Assembly: GCA_027046625.1 (NCBI GenBank)
Contig: JALTXX010000003.1
Span: forward strand, 5,147 to 69,146
Reading direction: 5' to 3'
Length of the DNA stretch: 64,000 nucleotides
Source of the DNA: Candidatus Micrarchaeota archaeon
GTDB lineage: Archaea > Iainarchaeota > Iainarchaeia > JAADDC01
The notes under the pieces are model-generated. The model saw nothing but the letters and a program-made list of their open reading frames with translations, made no database searches and was not told the origin of the DNA. Position numbers and translations under genes: made by a program. This document shows, piece by piece, positions 1 through 10,452 of this stretch (position 1 is the first letter of the stretch; each line of letters begins with the position of its first letter).

Positions 1-11
1 CCATATTTTCG

Positions 12-512
12 ATGGACGTTATCTCATGGCTGGCATTGGTAGCTCAGTTTATTATAGGAGTATATTTAGCTTCTCTTATTGTTTTGAGGGTATATTACCG
101 GGAGAAGGGAGAGAAGGTGAATGTGTTTGTGGAAGCTTGGAAAAAATGGGTCCACGCATTTTTAGGACTCATTCTTCTCTTATCCGTGCCCTTTGTTCTA
201 TTCTTTGTATCCTTTTCTAACTCATCTCTCTGGTGGATAAATATCCTCTCCCTTCTCTGGGTAGGGGTGTGGTTGCCCGTGCTTTCTGCTTTGGTTGTGT
301 ACAAGGGCAGAGGCAGAGACAGAGTATATGAAGGATTACTGGCAGGAAGGGTTACATGGTGGAAGATCATAGTGATTCTCATTGTGTTTGGCCTCTTCTT
401 CGGGGTGCTAACGTTGTATCTTCCATTCATAGGGTGGGTGTGGGAGACGCTGATGGGAGCGGTGCTCTATATTGTTTCGGCGAGGAGCCTCCTCCTCTTT
501 GAGGGTGAATAG
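12..512 (+). CDS. hypothetical polytopic membrane protein
   Basis: 166-aa ORF with at least 4 hydrophobic helices; no recognisable motif; its stop abuts the tmcA start. Confidence 0.35.
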   Translation: MDVISWLALVAQFIIGVYLASLIVLRVYYREKGEKVNVFVEAWKKWVHAFLGLILLLSVPFVLFFVSFSNSSLWWINILSLLWVGVWLPVLSALVVYKGRGRDRVYEGLLAGRVTWWKIIVILIVFGLFFGVLTLYLPFIGWVWETLMGAVLYIVSARSLLLFEGE

Positions 513-513
513 T

Positions 514-2706
514 ATGGAACGTATCTTTAACAATATGAAGGAAAGCAGACACAGGAGACTGTTCTTTGTGGCTGGTGAGGGAAGGGAGGTTGTGGATAAA
601 ACATCCGAAATACTTAGGATGGCTGAGGATAGTCTAGGAACAAAAGAGTTTTTGTACATGGCAGAGTTTCCTGAATATTCTACGGGTGATGAAGAACGGT
701 ATGCCATGCTATCTGATGAGTTTAAGCTAAGAAGGTATCCATATGCGAGGGGGAAGGAAATACTAGGCAAAACCTTCGAAGGACTCATTCTAGATGCACA
801 CGAAAACTTCCCTGCAAGGGAGGTAGGTATTTCCATAGAAACGGTTAGAGGACCGGGAGTAATAATAGTAATGATGCCGCCTATAGAGGAGTGGCTGAAA
901 AGGAAGCTATTCCTGCATAAGCAGTACGTAGTTACACCGCCATATAGGTTAGAAGATTGCAGGAATGTATATCAGAAGCGAGTGATAAAGAAGGCCATTG
1001 AACTTCCGGGTATTTATATTTGGGAAAAAGAGCTATCCGGAAAGGAACCCGAGACTAAGAAGGAGAGGAGAAAAAGGATAAAGATAAAGGAGGGGAGATT
1101 TCCCCAAGAGCTGTATAAGATGGCCTACACAGAAGATCAGTATAATGTTCTTAGACGGTTAGAGGAGACGGAGGATGAAGCCGTTGTAATATTGGCAAAC
1201 AGGGGAAGGGGCAAGTCAGCAGTGCTGGGTTTGTATATAGCTGGACTGGGGTCCCTGGGGGAGAAGAAGAAAATCGTTGTTACAGCCCCTACGGAGGACA
1301 GTGTTGACGAACTGTTTAAGTTCATAAGGTTAGGAGGGGAAAAAGTAGGTATCAAGGTTAGAGGAAGTAGAAGGAAGTTGAAGGTAGGATCAGCCAAGGT
1401 GCTTTTCAGAGAGCCATTGGAGGTAATGGGGTTAAAGGGAGACATACTTGTTGTGGATGAAGCTGCAGGTATCTATGTTTCCATCCTTAAGGAATATCTA
1501 GACAGGTTTGATACCCAGATTTACTCTACTACAGTGCATGGATATGAGGGGACAGGTAGACTATTCCAGTATAGATTTTTACCCTCCCTAAAGGAGAAGA
1601 AGAAGGTAGAGATCCTTAGAATGTCCGAGCCTATACGATATGGGACTGACGATCCTGTAGAGAGATGGTTGTACGAGGTGTATCTACTTGATGCAGAGCC
1701 TGCAAAGGTAAAGGATGTAAAAGGTTTGTCCTTTGAAAGACGGGATATAGAGTCGTTATTTTTGAGGGATGAAAACATCTTGAAGGAGTATATAGGTATA
1801 TACGTGTTTGCACACTACAGGAACAATCCGAGAGATATAACAATACTGGCTGATGCACCCAATCAAAGGGCTTATATGGTATTTGGAGACAAACATGTGG
1901 TATCCTCTCTCCAGGTAGCGGAGGAGGGCGGACTGGGAGATGAGGATATTTACAGATTCTTGGAGGGGGATATCGTCTATGGCAACATCATACCTGATAT
2001 CTTTGTGAGATACTATGAGTTTGCAGAGTTTGCGAGGGAGAAGGGTCTGAGAATTGTAAGAATAGCCACACATCCAGATTTACAAGGAAGAGGTATTGGT
2101 AGTTTTGCCCTGAAGAGTTTGGAAAGTGAAGCAAAGAAGGAGGGAATGGCTTGGACGGGTGCTGGTTTTGGGGCCTCCTATGAGGTGGTGAGGTTCTGGA
2201 AGAAGAACGGGTATACCATGGTGCACGTTTCTCCCAAGAGAAATCCTGCAAGTGGTGAATATACTACCATCTTTGTAAAACCTCTCAAGGAGAAGATCAA
2301 AAGATACATAAATATTGCGAATATGGTGGCAAGGAGACGGTTGTTAGAGGAAATGGACAACTATTACAGTGGTATGGAGCCCTCTGTTGCGGTAGAGTTG
2401 CTAACATCGGGAAGGAAGATAAAGATGGAGCCTGATATAACAGAGGCAGAGATGGTGAAGCTGAGGAGGTATATAGAAGGGTATTTAAACTATGATACGG
2501 TGTCAGATATTGTAAAAAGAATTGTAACATGGTACTTTATGGCGGATGGAGAGACTCTGCCCCAGACGGATGCTATGTTTCTGGTAGAAAAGGTGTTAAA
2601 GAAAAAGAACTGGACGAGGGCAGCAAAAACATTTAATATGGAACCGTCCAAATTCTCAAAGAAGTTTGATAGTATTGTAGAGAGGTTGTATGAGGTGATT
2701 CGTTGA
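514..2706 (+). CDS. tmcA: tRNA/rRNA cytidine N4-acetyltransferase TmcA (NAT10/Kre33 homolog); likely start is the internal ATG at 514 rather than the track start at 472
   Basis: Helicase-type Walker A (ANRGRGKSAV) and DEAA box, followed by a GNAT acetyltransferase motif (HPDLQGRGIGSFAL) and a C-terminal tRNA-binding helical region. The ATG at 514 lies 2 nt after the upstream stop. Confidence 0.8.
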   Translation: MERIFNNMKESRHRRLFFVAGEGREVVDKTSEILRMAEDSLGTKEFLYMAEFPEYSTGDEERYAMLSDEFKLRRYPYARGKEILGKTFEGLILDAHENFPAREVGISIETVRGPGVIIVMMPPIEEWLKRKLFLHKQYVVTPPYRLEDCRNVYQKRVIKKAIELPGIYIWEKELSGKEPETKKERRKRIKIKEGRFPQELYKMAYTEDQYNVLRRLEETEDEAVVILANRGRGKSAVLGLYIAGLGSLGEKKKIVVTAPTEDSVDELFKFIRLGGEKVGIKVRGSRRKLKVGSAKVLFREPLEVMGLKGDILVVDEAAGIYVSILKEYLDRFDTQIYSTTVHGYEGTGRLFQYRFLPSLKEKKKVEILRMSEPIRYGTDDPVERWLYEVYLLDAEPAKVKDVKGLSFERRDIESLFLRDENILKEYIGIYVFAHYRNNPRDITILADAPNQRAYMVFGDKHVVSSLQVAEEGGLGDEDIYRFLEGDIVYGNIIPDIFVRYYEFAEFAREKGLRIVRIATHPDLQGRGIGSFALKSLESEAKKEGMAWTGAGFGASYEVVRFWKKNGYTMVHVSPKRNPASGEYTTIFVKPLKEKIKRYINIANMVARRRLLEEMDNYYSGMEPSVAVELLTSGRKIKMEPDITEAEMVKLRRYIEGYLNYDTVSDIVKRIVTWYFMADGETLPQTDAMFLVEKVLKKKNWTRAAKTFNMEPSKFSKKFDSIVERLYEVIR

Positions 2707-3011
2707 GACTTCACCTTGATCCCCGATTTGTAAGGGATGTATTGAGGGGCAGAAAGAAAGCCACCGTAAGGTTAGGGAAGAGGGACGTAAAACCTGGGGA
2801 TGTGGTATTTCTTACATCGGATAGAGGCCCCTTCGCTAAGGCAGTGATCATAAAGGTTAAGAGAACACCCCTGAAAAAGTTAACAAAAGAAGAAATAAGA
2901 AGGGAAGGATCAAGGAGTTTGGGGGAGCTGCTTGAAACATTGAGACACTTTTACCCTGGTATTACGGAGGATACTGAAGTTACCTATATTGAATGGAAGT
3001 TGGTTAGATAG
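2703..3011 (+). CDS. ASCH-domain (PUA-like) protein, translationally coupled to tmcA
   Basis: 102 aa with an ASCH-like core (GRKKATVRLGKR...GD) and small beta-barrel pattern. TTG start overlaps the tmcA stop (gTTGA). Confidence 0.5.
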   Translation: MRLHLDPRFVRDVLRGRKKATVRLGKRDVKPGDVVFLTSDRGPFAKAVIIKVKRTPLKKLTKEEIRREGSRSLGELLETLRHFYPGITEDTEVTYIEWKLVR

Positions 3012-3190
3012 ATTCTATACCAAGTTCCATGTGCTTTATTCCTTCTAGGCGGGCGCTGACGTCTATGAGGAGGTTCCTTTCTCTCTTTCCCCCTACCATA
3101 GCCAGTGTAACCAATCTATCTATCTCCTCCATGGGGGTATGAGGCAGGGAGGATTTTAAGTTTTGCGGAAGTGTATATTTCCGGTAACCC

Positions 3191-4210
3191 ATGTACATTA
3201 GAAGGTTTACAGGGGAGGAACGAGGTATACTGCTCAATCCCCAAGTATTTGACCCTTCCTATATTCCAGAAGAGCTTCCCTTTAGAGAGGAGCAAATGGA
3301 AACTATCGCATCGGAGATAAACATGTACATAAGAGAAGGAAAGGCAACACATCTTCTCCTTTACGGTCCGCCTGGCACAGGAAAGACTGTTACGCTGAAA
3401 AAGCTTTTATCTGAGGCAGAAGCGGTATATTCTGTCAAAACCATCTATATAAATGGATGGAAGCATAGAACCACAACCTCTATACTTACAGAGATGGCAA
3501 CAAAACTGGGAGTAGGAGTATCTGTGAGGGGAATGTCCACGGGTAGGTTATTATCTATTGTAGAGGGAGGGATTGAAGGTCCTCTCATTGTGGCACTTGA
3601 CGAAGTAGACAGGGTATCGGATCAAGAAATACTATATGAGCTGAGTAGGATGGGTATCATGTTTATAGGGGTTGCCAACCAGCTATATTTTATCTATAGG
3701 CTTGATCCTCGTATAGTATCTACACTTTATGGTATTAAAATAGAGTACAAACCTTATACAGTCCCCCAGTTAACAGAGATTCTCAGAAGGAGGGCAGAAG
3801 CAGGCTTATATCCAGGAACTTGGAATGAGGAGGTGTTGAGAGGGTGTGCTGCGGTAGGGTTTAGCAGAAATGGGGATGCGAGAATTGCCATCGAGTGTTT
3901 GTATACGGCTGCTCGCATAGCAGAGAGGGAAGGAGATGTTATCACTTTGGATCATGTGAGAAGAGCAAAAGAAATGGTAGGCAGACCGCTGGATTTGGAT
4001 CCCAAGTATATGAAAATCGTGGAAATTTTGAGGGCAGAAGGCCCTCTTACTGTAAAAGAGTTATACCAGAGGTATGTAAAGTATAATCCCATTAGTATAA
4101 GAGCCTTTAGGAACTACATAAGGGAACTTGAGCGATTAAATGTTATATCTGTCCAGAGGTTAAACAGAAGGGGTCAAGTAAGAGAGGTAAGATTGGTAGA
4201 GTACCTTTAA
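3191..4210 (+). CDS. orc1: Orc1/Cdc6 replication initiator
   Basis: AAA+ Walker [12 protein letters not shown], Walker B LIVALDEVD, sensor and C-terminal winged-helix region; 339 aa, shorter than typical Orc1. Confidence 0.8.
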   Translation: MYIRRFTGEERGILLNPQVFDPSYIPEELPFREEQMETIASEINMYIREGKATHLLLYGPPGTGKTVTLKKLLSEAEAVYSVKTIYINGWKHRTTTSILTEMATKLGVGVSVRGMSTGRLLSIVEGGIEGPLIVALDEVDRVSDQEILYELSRMGIMFIGVANQLYFIYRLDPRIVSTLYGIKIEYKPYTVPQLTEILRRRAEAGLYPGTWNEEVLRGCAAVGFSRNGDARIAIECLYTAARIAEREGDVITLDHVRRAKEMVGRPLDLDPKYMKIVEILRAEGPLTVKELYQRYVKYNPISIRAFRNYIRELERLNVISVQRLNRRGQVREVRLVEYL

Positions 4211-4234
4211 ATAGGGGAAAGCCCTTCTCTACTT

Positions 4235-4420
4235 ATGGATAACAAGGAGGTGGCTCTTGAACTGTTGAAGATGTACCTCCAACATCATAGAGGCGAGATC
4301 TCCCTAGAAGAGCTCGTAGAGGCCTATCTTGCAATTGTTGAAATGTTGGAAACTCCTATACCAAAGGAAAAGTCCCCGGACTACTCAGCTCCTCTATCCC
4401 TTTCAGATAAAGAGGCCTAG
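4235..4420 (+). CDS. small hypothetical protein
   Basis: 61-aa ORF between orc1 and a convergent gene; no motif. Confidence 0.2.
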   Translation: MDNKEVALELLKMYLQHHRGEISLEELVEAYLAIVEMLETPIPKEKSPDYSAPLSLSDKEA

Positions 4421-5145
4421 CCTTCTACGGGATATACGATCATTCCCCTTTCCCTTGTAATCTCTATGGGATGTATGTTGGTAGAGTGGTTAGTGCCTCT
4501 CATCTTTCTTATGTGGAGAGTTCTTGTGGTGGGGCCTCCGCCTCCCAGATACGAAAGTATGATTACCCCATCAGCTACAAACTCCTCTACTCCATACTTA
4601 GAATAGAAGTTGGAGTTTTCTGGAATTTCAGATGTTATAATAGAGGTTAACCCACTTTTCATGAGGGCATAACTCATCTTTAAAATAGCCTTTCTAATAT
4701 CGTTCTCGCTTTCGTATCTAAATCCTAGTGCAGGCAACGAATCTACAGCCACTCTTTTGGCTCCCATTTCTTTGGCAGCTTTTATAATCTCCACGAGCAG
4801 CCTATCTATGTCAAAACCGGTTTCTGGCATGTGGTACACTTCTTCTGAAGGAAGTCCAACCTTTGCAATGGAGGCATCTATGATGCGTATCATATCCTTT
4901 TCTTCCTCCCTCTTGAAGTCCCACCCAAATTGTAGCATATCTTCCCTTATAAGGTTGGGCCTCTCATCGAGGGTTACCAAAATACCGGGTTCGTCGTAGT
5001 CTACGGCACCTTTATATATAAACTGGCTGCAGAAGATGGTTTTACCGGTACCCGTAGCTCCTGAAACGAGTATCATCCTTCTCCGGGGAAAACCCCCTTC
5101 TATGAGCTCGTCCAATCCCTCTATACCGGTTGGTACTCTGTCCAT
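4417..5145 (-). CDS. RecA-superfamily ATPase, RadA paralog / KaiC-like (aRadC type)
   Basis: Single RecA core of 242 aa: GIEGLDELIEGGFP, Walker A GATGTGKT, Walker B ILSYLGGGG-like region. Confidence 0.6.
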   Translation of the reverse strand: MDRVPTGIEGLDELIEGGFPRRRMILVSGATGTGKTIFCSQFIYKGAVDYDEPGILVTLDERPNLIREDMLQFGWDFKREEEKDMIRIIDASIAKVGLPSEEVYHMPETGFDIDRLLVEIIKAAKEMGAKRVAVDSLPALGFRYESENDIRKAILKMSYALMKSGLTSIITSEIPENSNFYSKYGVEEFVADGVIILSYLGGGGPTTRTLHIRKMRGTNHSTNIHPIEITRERGMIVYPVEG

Positions 5146-5195
5146 GTTCTAATAATACACCCCCATCTAAATAACCTTTTCCCCCATATTATGAG

Positions 5196-5534
5196 GTGGC
5201 ACGGAGGCCATCTGCAGAGGAAACATATGTGAAAGATATAGCAGAAGAGGGCAAGCTGTATGCTGTAGAGGGTGTTATAGTGTCTTCTGACCCGACAAGG
5301 GGTGAAGGTGTATTAGATGATGGTACAGGAACTCTCAAATTTGTATTGGATAGTATGATATTTGCGGAAAGGATAAAGGAAGGAACGTTTGTGCGTCTTA
5401 TAGGGAGGGCATATCTAACGGATGATGGTATTGTTTTAAGAGCAGAGGTAGTAAACAATCTTAACGTAGGAAGTGATATGTATAATAGGGTAAAAAGGTT
5501 AGAAAGGAGGGTTTATCATGAGGGTGGTGTTTGA
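5196..5534 (+). CDS. small OB-fold-like nucleic-acid-binding protein (putative)
   Basis: 112 aa with beta-rich OB-like pattern (LYAVEGVIVS...GTGTLKFVL); GTG start; sits immediately upstream of PCNA. Confidence 0.3.
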   Translation: MARRPSAEETYVKDIAEEGKLYAVEGVIVSSDPTRGEGVLDDGTGTLKFVLDSMIFAERIKEGTFVRLIGRAYLTDDGIVLRAEVVNNLNVGSDMYNRVKRLERRVYHEGGV

Positions 5535-6255
5535 AGGAGCGGATGTGTTCAAAAAATCCATGAAAGCCATTGGAAATATCGTGGATGAAGGGGTATTTAC
5601 CTTTGATGATGAAGGTATGAAGCTCAGATCTACTGATCCATCAAAGATAGCCATGGTGGACTTCCTTTTGCCTAAGCACGCCTTTAGAGAATATGAGGTA
5701 GAGGGTGAGACAAAGGTAGGACTCAACATAGACGAGGTTATGAATGCCTTGAAGAGGGTGAAGAGTAGTGAGGAGGTACACCTCTCCCTAGAGGATGGGA
5801 GATTTATAATAGAGCTTGTGGGAAAGGCAAAAAGAAGGTTTGTGCTTCCTGTACTTGACATAGGGGGGTCAGAACTCCCCACACCGAAGCTATCGTTTAC
5901 AGCAAGCTCAAAGGTAATATCAGAGGTGTTACAAAACGCATTCAAAGACGCAGAGGTATTCTCTAGCCATGTTACGATAGAAATGGACTCAGAAACCTTC
6001 AAGGTGAGTGCTAGTGGTGCGAGGGGTGAGTATGTGTTGGAGCTAAAGAAGGATGTACATGATTCTTTGCTGGATCTAGCTGTTAGCGAACCTGCAAGAG
6101 CTTCCTATCCATTGGACTATCTCCAAGACATGTTAAGTGAGGTGAGTAAAACAGCAGCGGTTACCATAGCAATAAAGACAGACGCACCTCTTAAACTGGG
6201 GTATAACATAGGGGATGCAAGCTTTGTGTACTATCTCGCTCCCCGCATTGAGTGA
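5518..6255 (+). CDS. pcn: DNA polymerase sliding clamp PCNA (paralog 1)
   Basis: 245 aa, typical PCNA length and two-domain pattern; start overlaps the upstream gene. Confidence 0.8.
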   Translation: MRVVFEGADVFKKSMKAIGNIVDEGVFTFDDEGMKLRSTDPSKIAMVDFLLPKHAFREYEVEGETKVGLNIDEVMNALKRVKSSEEVHLSLEDGRFIIELVGKAKRRFVLPVLDIGGSELPTPKLSFTASSKVISEVLQNAFKDAEVFSSHVTIEMDSETFKVSASGARGEYVLELKKDVHDSLLDLAVSEPARASYPLDYLQDMLSEVSKTAAVTIAIKTDAPLKLGYNIGDASFVYYLAPRIE

Positions 6256-6989
6256 TAGATATGTTAATATTCAGGGTGTCTCCCAGAGATACAAGGGCTT
6301 GGAAGACAACCTTTGATGTAATATCCCAATTTATTACGGAGGGTATACTTCAGTTTAGAGAAAGGGGCATCGAGTTCGAAGCTCTCGATCCTTCAATGAT
6401 ACTCTTTGTGAGAATGTTTTATCCAAAGGAAGGATTTTCTGTCTATGAACTGAAACACCCAATCGTGAATGTGCCCCTCCCGCTCTCGGAGCTCCAGAGA
6501 ATACTCGGAAGGGTACAGCAGAGCGCAAATCTTATTTTAGAGCTGCATGGGAGTACCTTGAAAATCTATATAGAGGGAGAACGCTCAATAAAGGAGTATC
6601 TCTTGCCTGTTATAGATATGGAACCATCTCCTGTAGCCATAAATCTACCTCAGGAAGGAGCCAAGATAATTGCTTTGGCGGAGGACATAAGGGACGCCCT
6701 GAGAGATGTGGGTGTGGTATCCAAGCAGGTAACTGTAGGAGTGAAGGATGGCAAACTATATTTTGAGAGTGTGGAGGGAAACAGCAAGGCAAAGACTGTG
6801 ATAGAAAGAGCAAATGTGGACGCATCTTCTAATGTAAAATCCGTATACCCTCTAGATTACCTTTCAAGTATTGTGAGGGGGGCGGAAGATGAGATATCTA
6901 TGGTGGTGGGAGAGGATTCTCCCATAAGGATAGATTATAGAACAGGTGACGCCAGGCTTATGTTTGTTCTTGCACCTATACTATTATGA
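6252..6989 (+). CDS. pcn: DNA polymerase sliding clamp PCNA (paralog 2)
   Basis: Second 245-aa PCNA-like ORF, ATGA-overlapped with paralog 1; consistent with heterotrimeric PCNA of crenarchaea. Confidence 0.75.
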   Translation: MIDMLIFRVSPRDTRAWKTTFDVISQFITEGILQFRERGIEFEALDPSMILFVRMFYPKEGFSVYELKHPIVNVPLPLSELQRILGRVQQSANLILELHGSTLKIYIEGERSIKEYLLPVIDMEPSPVAINLPQEGAKIIALAEDIRDALRDVGVVSKQVTVGVKDGKLYFESVEGNSKAKTVIERANVDASSNVKSVYPLDYLSSIVRGAEDEISMVVGEDSPIRIDYRTGDARLMFVLAPILL

Positions 6990-7804
6990 TGTATAACTAT
7001 GTACCCTTTCTTGCCATAAAGGAAAAGAGAAAGGACTTACTACCAGAACCATCAAAGATAGAAAAGTCAGAGGTGGAAGCGGTTGGAAATAGACTGAAAA
7101 CCATTCTTTTCAGGGGAAAGACCCCTCCTTCCAATCCAAAAGTGTTTTTCATAGAGGCAAACATTGTATCTCTGTCTCCCTCGTCCTTTCTAAAGGAGCG
7201 ATGGGCTAAATACTATGCAGATCTCGCTCTTCATATTTTAAGGGAAAGAGGTATCTACGATGTAGGTGATAGGATAAAGATTGGGGATTTTCTTCGCATA
7301 AGGAGGCCGTATAACGAGCTGAAGCTCTATCACCTTGAGGTGGAGGGGGGAGAAGTAGATGTTTCGAGGGTAAGACATCTACTAGAAGCTTCCATACTGT
7401 TTACTGAAATATTGGAATGGATAGAGAAGATTCAACCACTTGCGTCTCAGATAGAGGTATTCAGAGAGGCTACAAAGTACCTCCAACCTCCTACAAGAAA
7501 GAGGGGAAACAAGTTTATTCAGACCCTTCTTGAGGCTGTAGGCATCCCAGATGGAAGAAAGAGGATACTGTACTATTGGCTGATACCCTACTGGGTTACT
7601 ATTGAGGGGAAGAGCAATGACGAGGTATTAGAGTCAGCCCTTGAGTGGTTGTCTAGGCAGGGAGGAGCCAAGGTGTACACATCCTGGATACTCTCAGAGG
7701 CAGACAATGTAAGAACAAAAGGAATAAAACCTTGGAGCTTGGGGAAAGTGGAAAAGGTAGATAAAGAGCTAGTAAATATTCTGCGGGAGATGAGAATAGT
7801 ATGA
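6986..7804 (+). CDS. hypothetical protein embedded in the PCNA-PriS operon (no Cys, not PriL)
   Basis: 272 aa, translationally coupled on both sides (ATGA overlaps); no recognisable motif. Confidence 0.4.
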   Translation: MMYNYVPFLAIKEKRKDLLPEPSKIEKSEVEAVGNRLKTILFRGKTPPSNPKVFFIEANIVSLSPSSFLKERWAKYYADLALHILRERGIYDVGDRIKIGDFLRIRRPYNELKLYHLEVEGGEVDVSRVRHLLEASILFTEILEWIEKIQPLASQIEVFREATKYLQPPTRKRGNKFIQTLLEAVGIPDGRKRILYYWLIPYWVTIEGKSNDEVLESALEWLSRQGGAKVYTSWILSEADNVRTKGIKPWSLGKVEKVDKELVNILREMRIV

Positions 7805-9003
7805 TGGAGCTACTAAGAGATGCCATAAAAAAGTACTATACCTCTACGAGGATATCAGCCCCTCCAGAGATAGAAAAGAGAGAATTTGGGTATAGTAAGG
7901 AGGTGGGCCAGAAGATTAGAACAAGACATGTATCCTTCCAAAGTGAAGAGGAACTGAACAAATTTCTCAGAGCAGAAAGCCCCTTTTACATCTCCTACTC
8001 TGTGGGGTATTTCAAGTACCCCTCTGCCACACCCATGGAGAACAAGGTGATGTTGGGGGCAGATATGGTGTTTGAATTTGATGCAGATGAGGTAGGCGTT
8101 TTCACGGAAAAGGATGTGTGGATATGTGACAACTGCAATCTAAAGGGATTTGGATACAGAGAGACCTGCCCCAAATGTGGAAAACCCGTTAGAATGGAGC
8201 TGTTTCCCTCTGAAGAGCGGGAAAAGAAACTGAAGGAGATGGTACACTCTCTTATAAACGATGTACTAATAGGTGAGCTGGGATTCTCAGAGAGGGAGGT
8301 AGAGGTGAACTTTTCAGGTAATAGAGGATACCATATACACCTTAGAAGTGATGTAGTGAGAGAGTTGGATAAGGATGCAAGGATAGAGCTAGCAGAATAT
8401 ATTACAGGGCAATCTATAGACCCTAGGTATCTATTTTCAGAACCTATTAGATGTGGGAAGGAGTTTTGTATAAGAGGGCCTAAACCAACAGACAAAGGCT
8501 GGCCTGGACGGATAGCTAGGGCTGTATACGAGATTATAAAGGAGGGGAGGGAGGAGCTTCTGAAGGAAGTGGGCGTAAACCCGTCGGAGATAAGAAACTA
8601 CCACCTCTATATTGAAAGGGGTGAATGGCCGGCACCGCAGAGATACCCTCTTAGGGTATGGATAGAGCTTGCAAGAAGGATGGCTCCTCTGAGAGGATAT
8701 ACTATAGACACATCCACAACGGTTGATATACATAGACTGATAAGACTTCCAGATAGTATACACGGAAGTACCGGCTTATCTGCCAAAAGGGTGTCCTCAT
8801 TGAGCACCTTTGACCCCTATAGAGATGCGGTGGTGCTTCCCTCTGTAGAGGTTACGGTAAAAGTAGATATATCACCATCCTTTAGGATGAAGAGGAGAGA
8901 GTTCGGACCATTTAAAAATGAGGTGGTGGAGCTACCTCTTTATGTTGCTTACTACCTAATAGGTAGGGGGGTGGCCCAATGGCGCTTGACTTCCAGCGCA
9001 TAA
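7801..9003 (+). CDS. priS: DNA primase small catalytic subunit PriS
   Basis: Catalytic acidic motif MVFEFDADE, Zn knuckle CDNCN...CPKCG, and the conserved primase-polymerase (PP) fold characteristic of archaeo-eukaryotic primases. Confidence 0.8.
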   Translation: MMELLRDAIKKYYTSTRISAPPEIEKREFGYSKEVGQKIRTRHVSFQSEEELNKFLRAESPFYISYSVGYFKYPSATPMENKVMLGADMVFEFDADEVGVFTEKDVWICDNCNLKGFGYRETCPKCGKPVRMELFPSEEREKKLKEMVHSLINDVLIGELGFSEREVEVNFSGNRGYHIHLRSDVVRELDKDARIELAEYITGQSIDPRYLFSEPIRCGKEFCIRGPKPTDKGWPGRIARAVYEIIKEGREELLKEVGVNPSEIRNYHLYIERGEWPAPQRYPLRVWIELARRMAPLRGYTIDTSTTVDIHRLIRLPDSIHGSTGLSAKRVSSLSTFDPYRDAVVLPSVEVTVKVDISPSFRMKRREFGPFKNEVVELPLYVAYYLIGRGVAQWRLTSSA

Positions 9004-9512
9004 AAAACGTGCATCTTGCAGAAAAGAGCAGCGCAGACCTAAGTAAGGTAGAGCCGGACTTTTATGAGCAGCTGGCCAAGTTTTTACAGGAGGAGAGAAA
9101 GAAATTTTATGAAATGGTGGAGAAGAGCGCTGATAATCTAGATCCTGCAGATGTATACTATTATAAGAACCTTTCCACCATAGTAAGGGAGATTATTCTT
9201 ATGAGATCTGAAAAGGTGGTAAGAAGGGCTGTTCAAGAAGTAAATAGTCCAGCCTCTTCTGAAAATATGGTGGATTGGGAGAAAGAACTATACTGGCATG
9301 TTAGAAAAGAGGTGGAATCTAGATTATCAAGTGTGGTGGGAGAGGGGAGTCATTTAAATCTTGTGCGTGTGAGGATTCTTACAGATATACCCATGTTTGT
9401 GGGGCCGGATCTAAAGGAGTATGGGCCCTACAGAATGGGTGAAGAGGTCCCCCTTCCTAGGGAGGTGGCAGAACTCCTGAAAAGTAAGGGGCAGGCGGAG
9501 GTGATAGAATGA
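8979..9512 (+). CDS. gins15: GINS subunit, probable Gins15/Gins51
   Basis: 177 aa, helical N-domain plus small C-domain. Position after PriS and before eS27/aIF2-alpha matches the conserved PriS-Gins15 arrangement. Confidence 0.45.
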   Translation: MALDFQRIKNVHLAEKSSADLSKVEPDFYEQLAKFLQEERKKFYEMVEKSADNLDPADVYYYKNLSTIVREIILMRSEKVVRRAVQEVNSPASSENMVDWEKELYWHVRKEVESRLSSVVGEGSHLNLVRVRILTDIPMFVGPDLKEYGPYRMGEEVPLPREVAELLKSKGQAEVIE

Positions 9513-9697
9513 AACTACCCATACCAGTTCCTAGATCAAGGTTTCTTAGGGTAAAGTGCCCTTCCTGTGGTAGTGTTAACATTGTGTTTGACCGTGCATC
9601 CACTGTGGTGACGTGCCTATCCTGTGGGGAGGTGTTGGCAGAGCCTACAGGAGGAAAGGCGAAGATATTGGGCGAGGTTGTGGAGGTACTCACATGA
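9509..9697 (+). CDS. rps27e: ribosomal protein eS27
   Basis: C4 zinc ribbon CPSCG...CLSCG and the PTGGKAK motif; 62 aa. Confidence 0.8.
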   Translation: MKLPIPVPRSRFLRVKCPSCGSVNIVFDRASTVVTCLSCGEVLAEPTGGKAKILGEVVEVLT

Positions 9698-10452
9698 AGG
9701 CACCGGAACAGAACGATTATGTGGTGGTAAAGGTAACGCGCATCATCCAGTACGGAGCGTATGTAGAGCTTGAAGAGTTTCCCGGCTGGACAGGGTTTAT
9801 ACATATATCTGAGGTAGCTCCTTACTGGGTAAAGAACATAAGAAGCCATGTTAGAGAGGGACAAACAAGGGTAGCCAAGGTATTGAAGGTATACCCAGAC
9901 AAGAAGAGTACAGATCTTTCTCTGAAAAGAGTACCTCAAGCTATAGCCAAGAGAAAGATGGAAGAGCTTAGGAGATCAAAGAGGGGAAAGTTCCTTCTTG
10001 AGCTTGCCGCAAAGTCTATGGGGAGAGATCCTAAAGAGGTGGAAGAGGTATTGGAAAAGGAGTTTGGAGATGTGTTTGGAGCCTTTGAAAATGCAGCTCT
10101 CTATGGAAGGGAAGTATTAGAGAGTGTGGATATAGATGAGGAGTGGAAAAGGGCTATTGTAGAGATTGCAAACAAGTATATAGAGATTCCAAGGAAGAAA
10201 GTGATGAGAACCCTTGAAATAACAGTTCCTGGCCCCTATGGAGCCAAGGTAATAAGAGAATCTCTTCTATCTATTATTAAAGAGAGCAAGCCAAACACAG
10301 AGATAAGGGCATATGTGGCAGGTGTGCCAAGATACACAGTTGAGGTAATTTCCCATGACTATAGAACGGCTGAGAAGGTAATAGATGAGATGGTGGAGCG
10401 TATAAGGGAGGGTGTGGAGAAGGAAAAGGGAAAAGTTGAGGTGGTAGAATGA
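9694..10452 (+). CDS. eif2a: translation initiation factor aIF2 alpha subunit
   Basis: N-terminal S1 domain (VVVKVTRI...GAYVELEEF...GFIHISEV) plus helical and alpha-beta domains. True start is the ATG at 9694 (MKAPEQ), overlapping the eS27 stop. Confidence 0.85.
   Translation: MKAPEQNDYVVVKVTRIIQYGAYVELEEFPGWTGFIHISEVAPYWVKNIRSHVREGQTRVAKVLKVYPDKKSTDLSLKRVPQAIAKRKMEELRRSKRGKFLLELAAKSMGRDPKEVEEVLEKEFGDVFGAFENAALYGREVLESVDIDEEWKRAIVEIANKYIEIPRKKVMRTLEITVPGPYGAKVIRESLLSIIKESKPNTEIRAYVAGVPRYTVEVISHDYRTAEKVIDEMVERIREGVEKEKGKVEVVE

Noticed and set aside
3011-3190. Possible replication origin / ORB element upstream of orc1 (GGGGGAAAG...GGAAC-like motif on the minus strand)
   Set aside because: Only one weak ORB-like match, no AT-rich unwinding element, and only 180 bp of intergenic space. 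Insufficient to call an origin.
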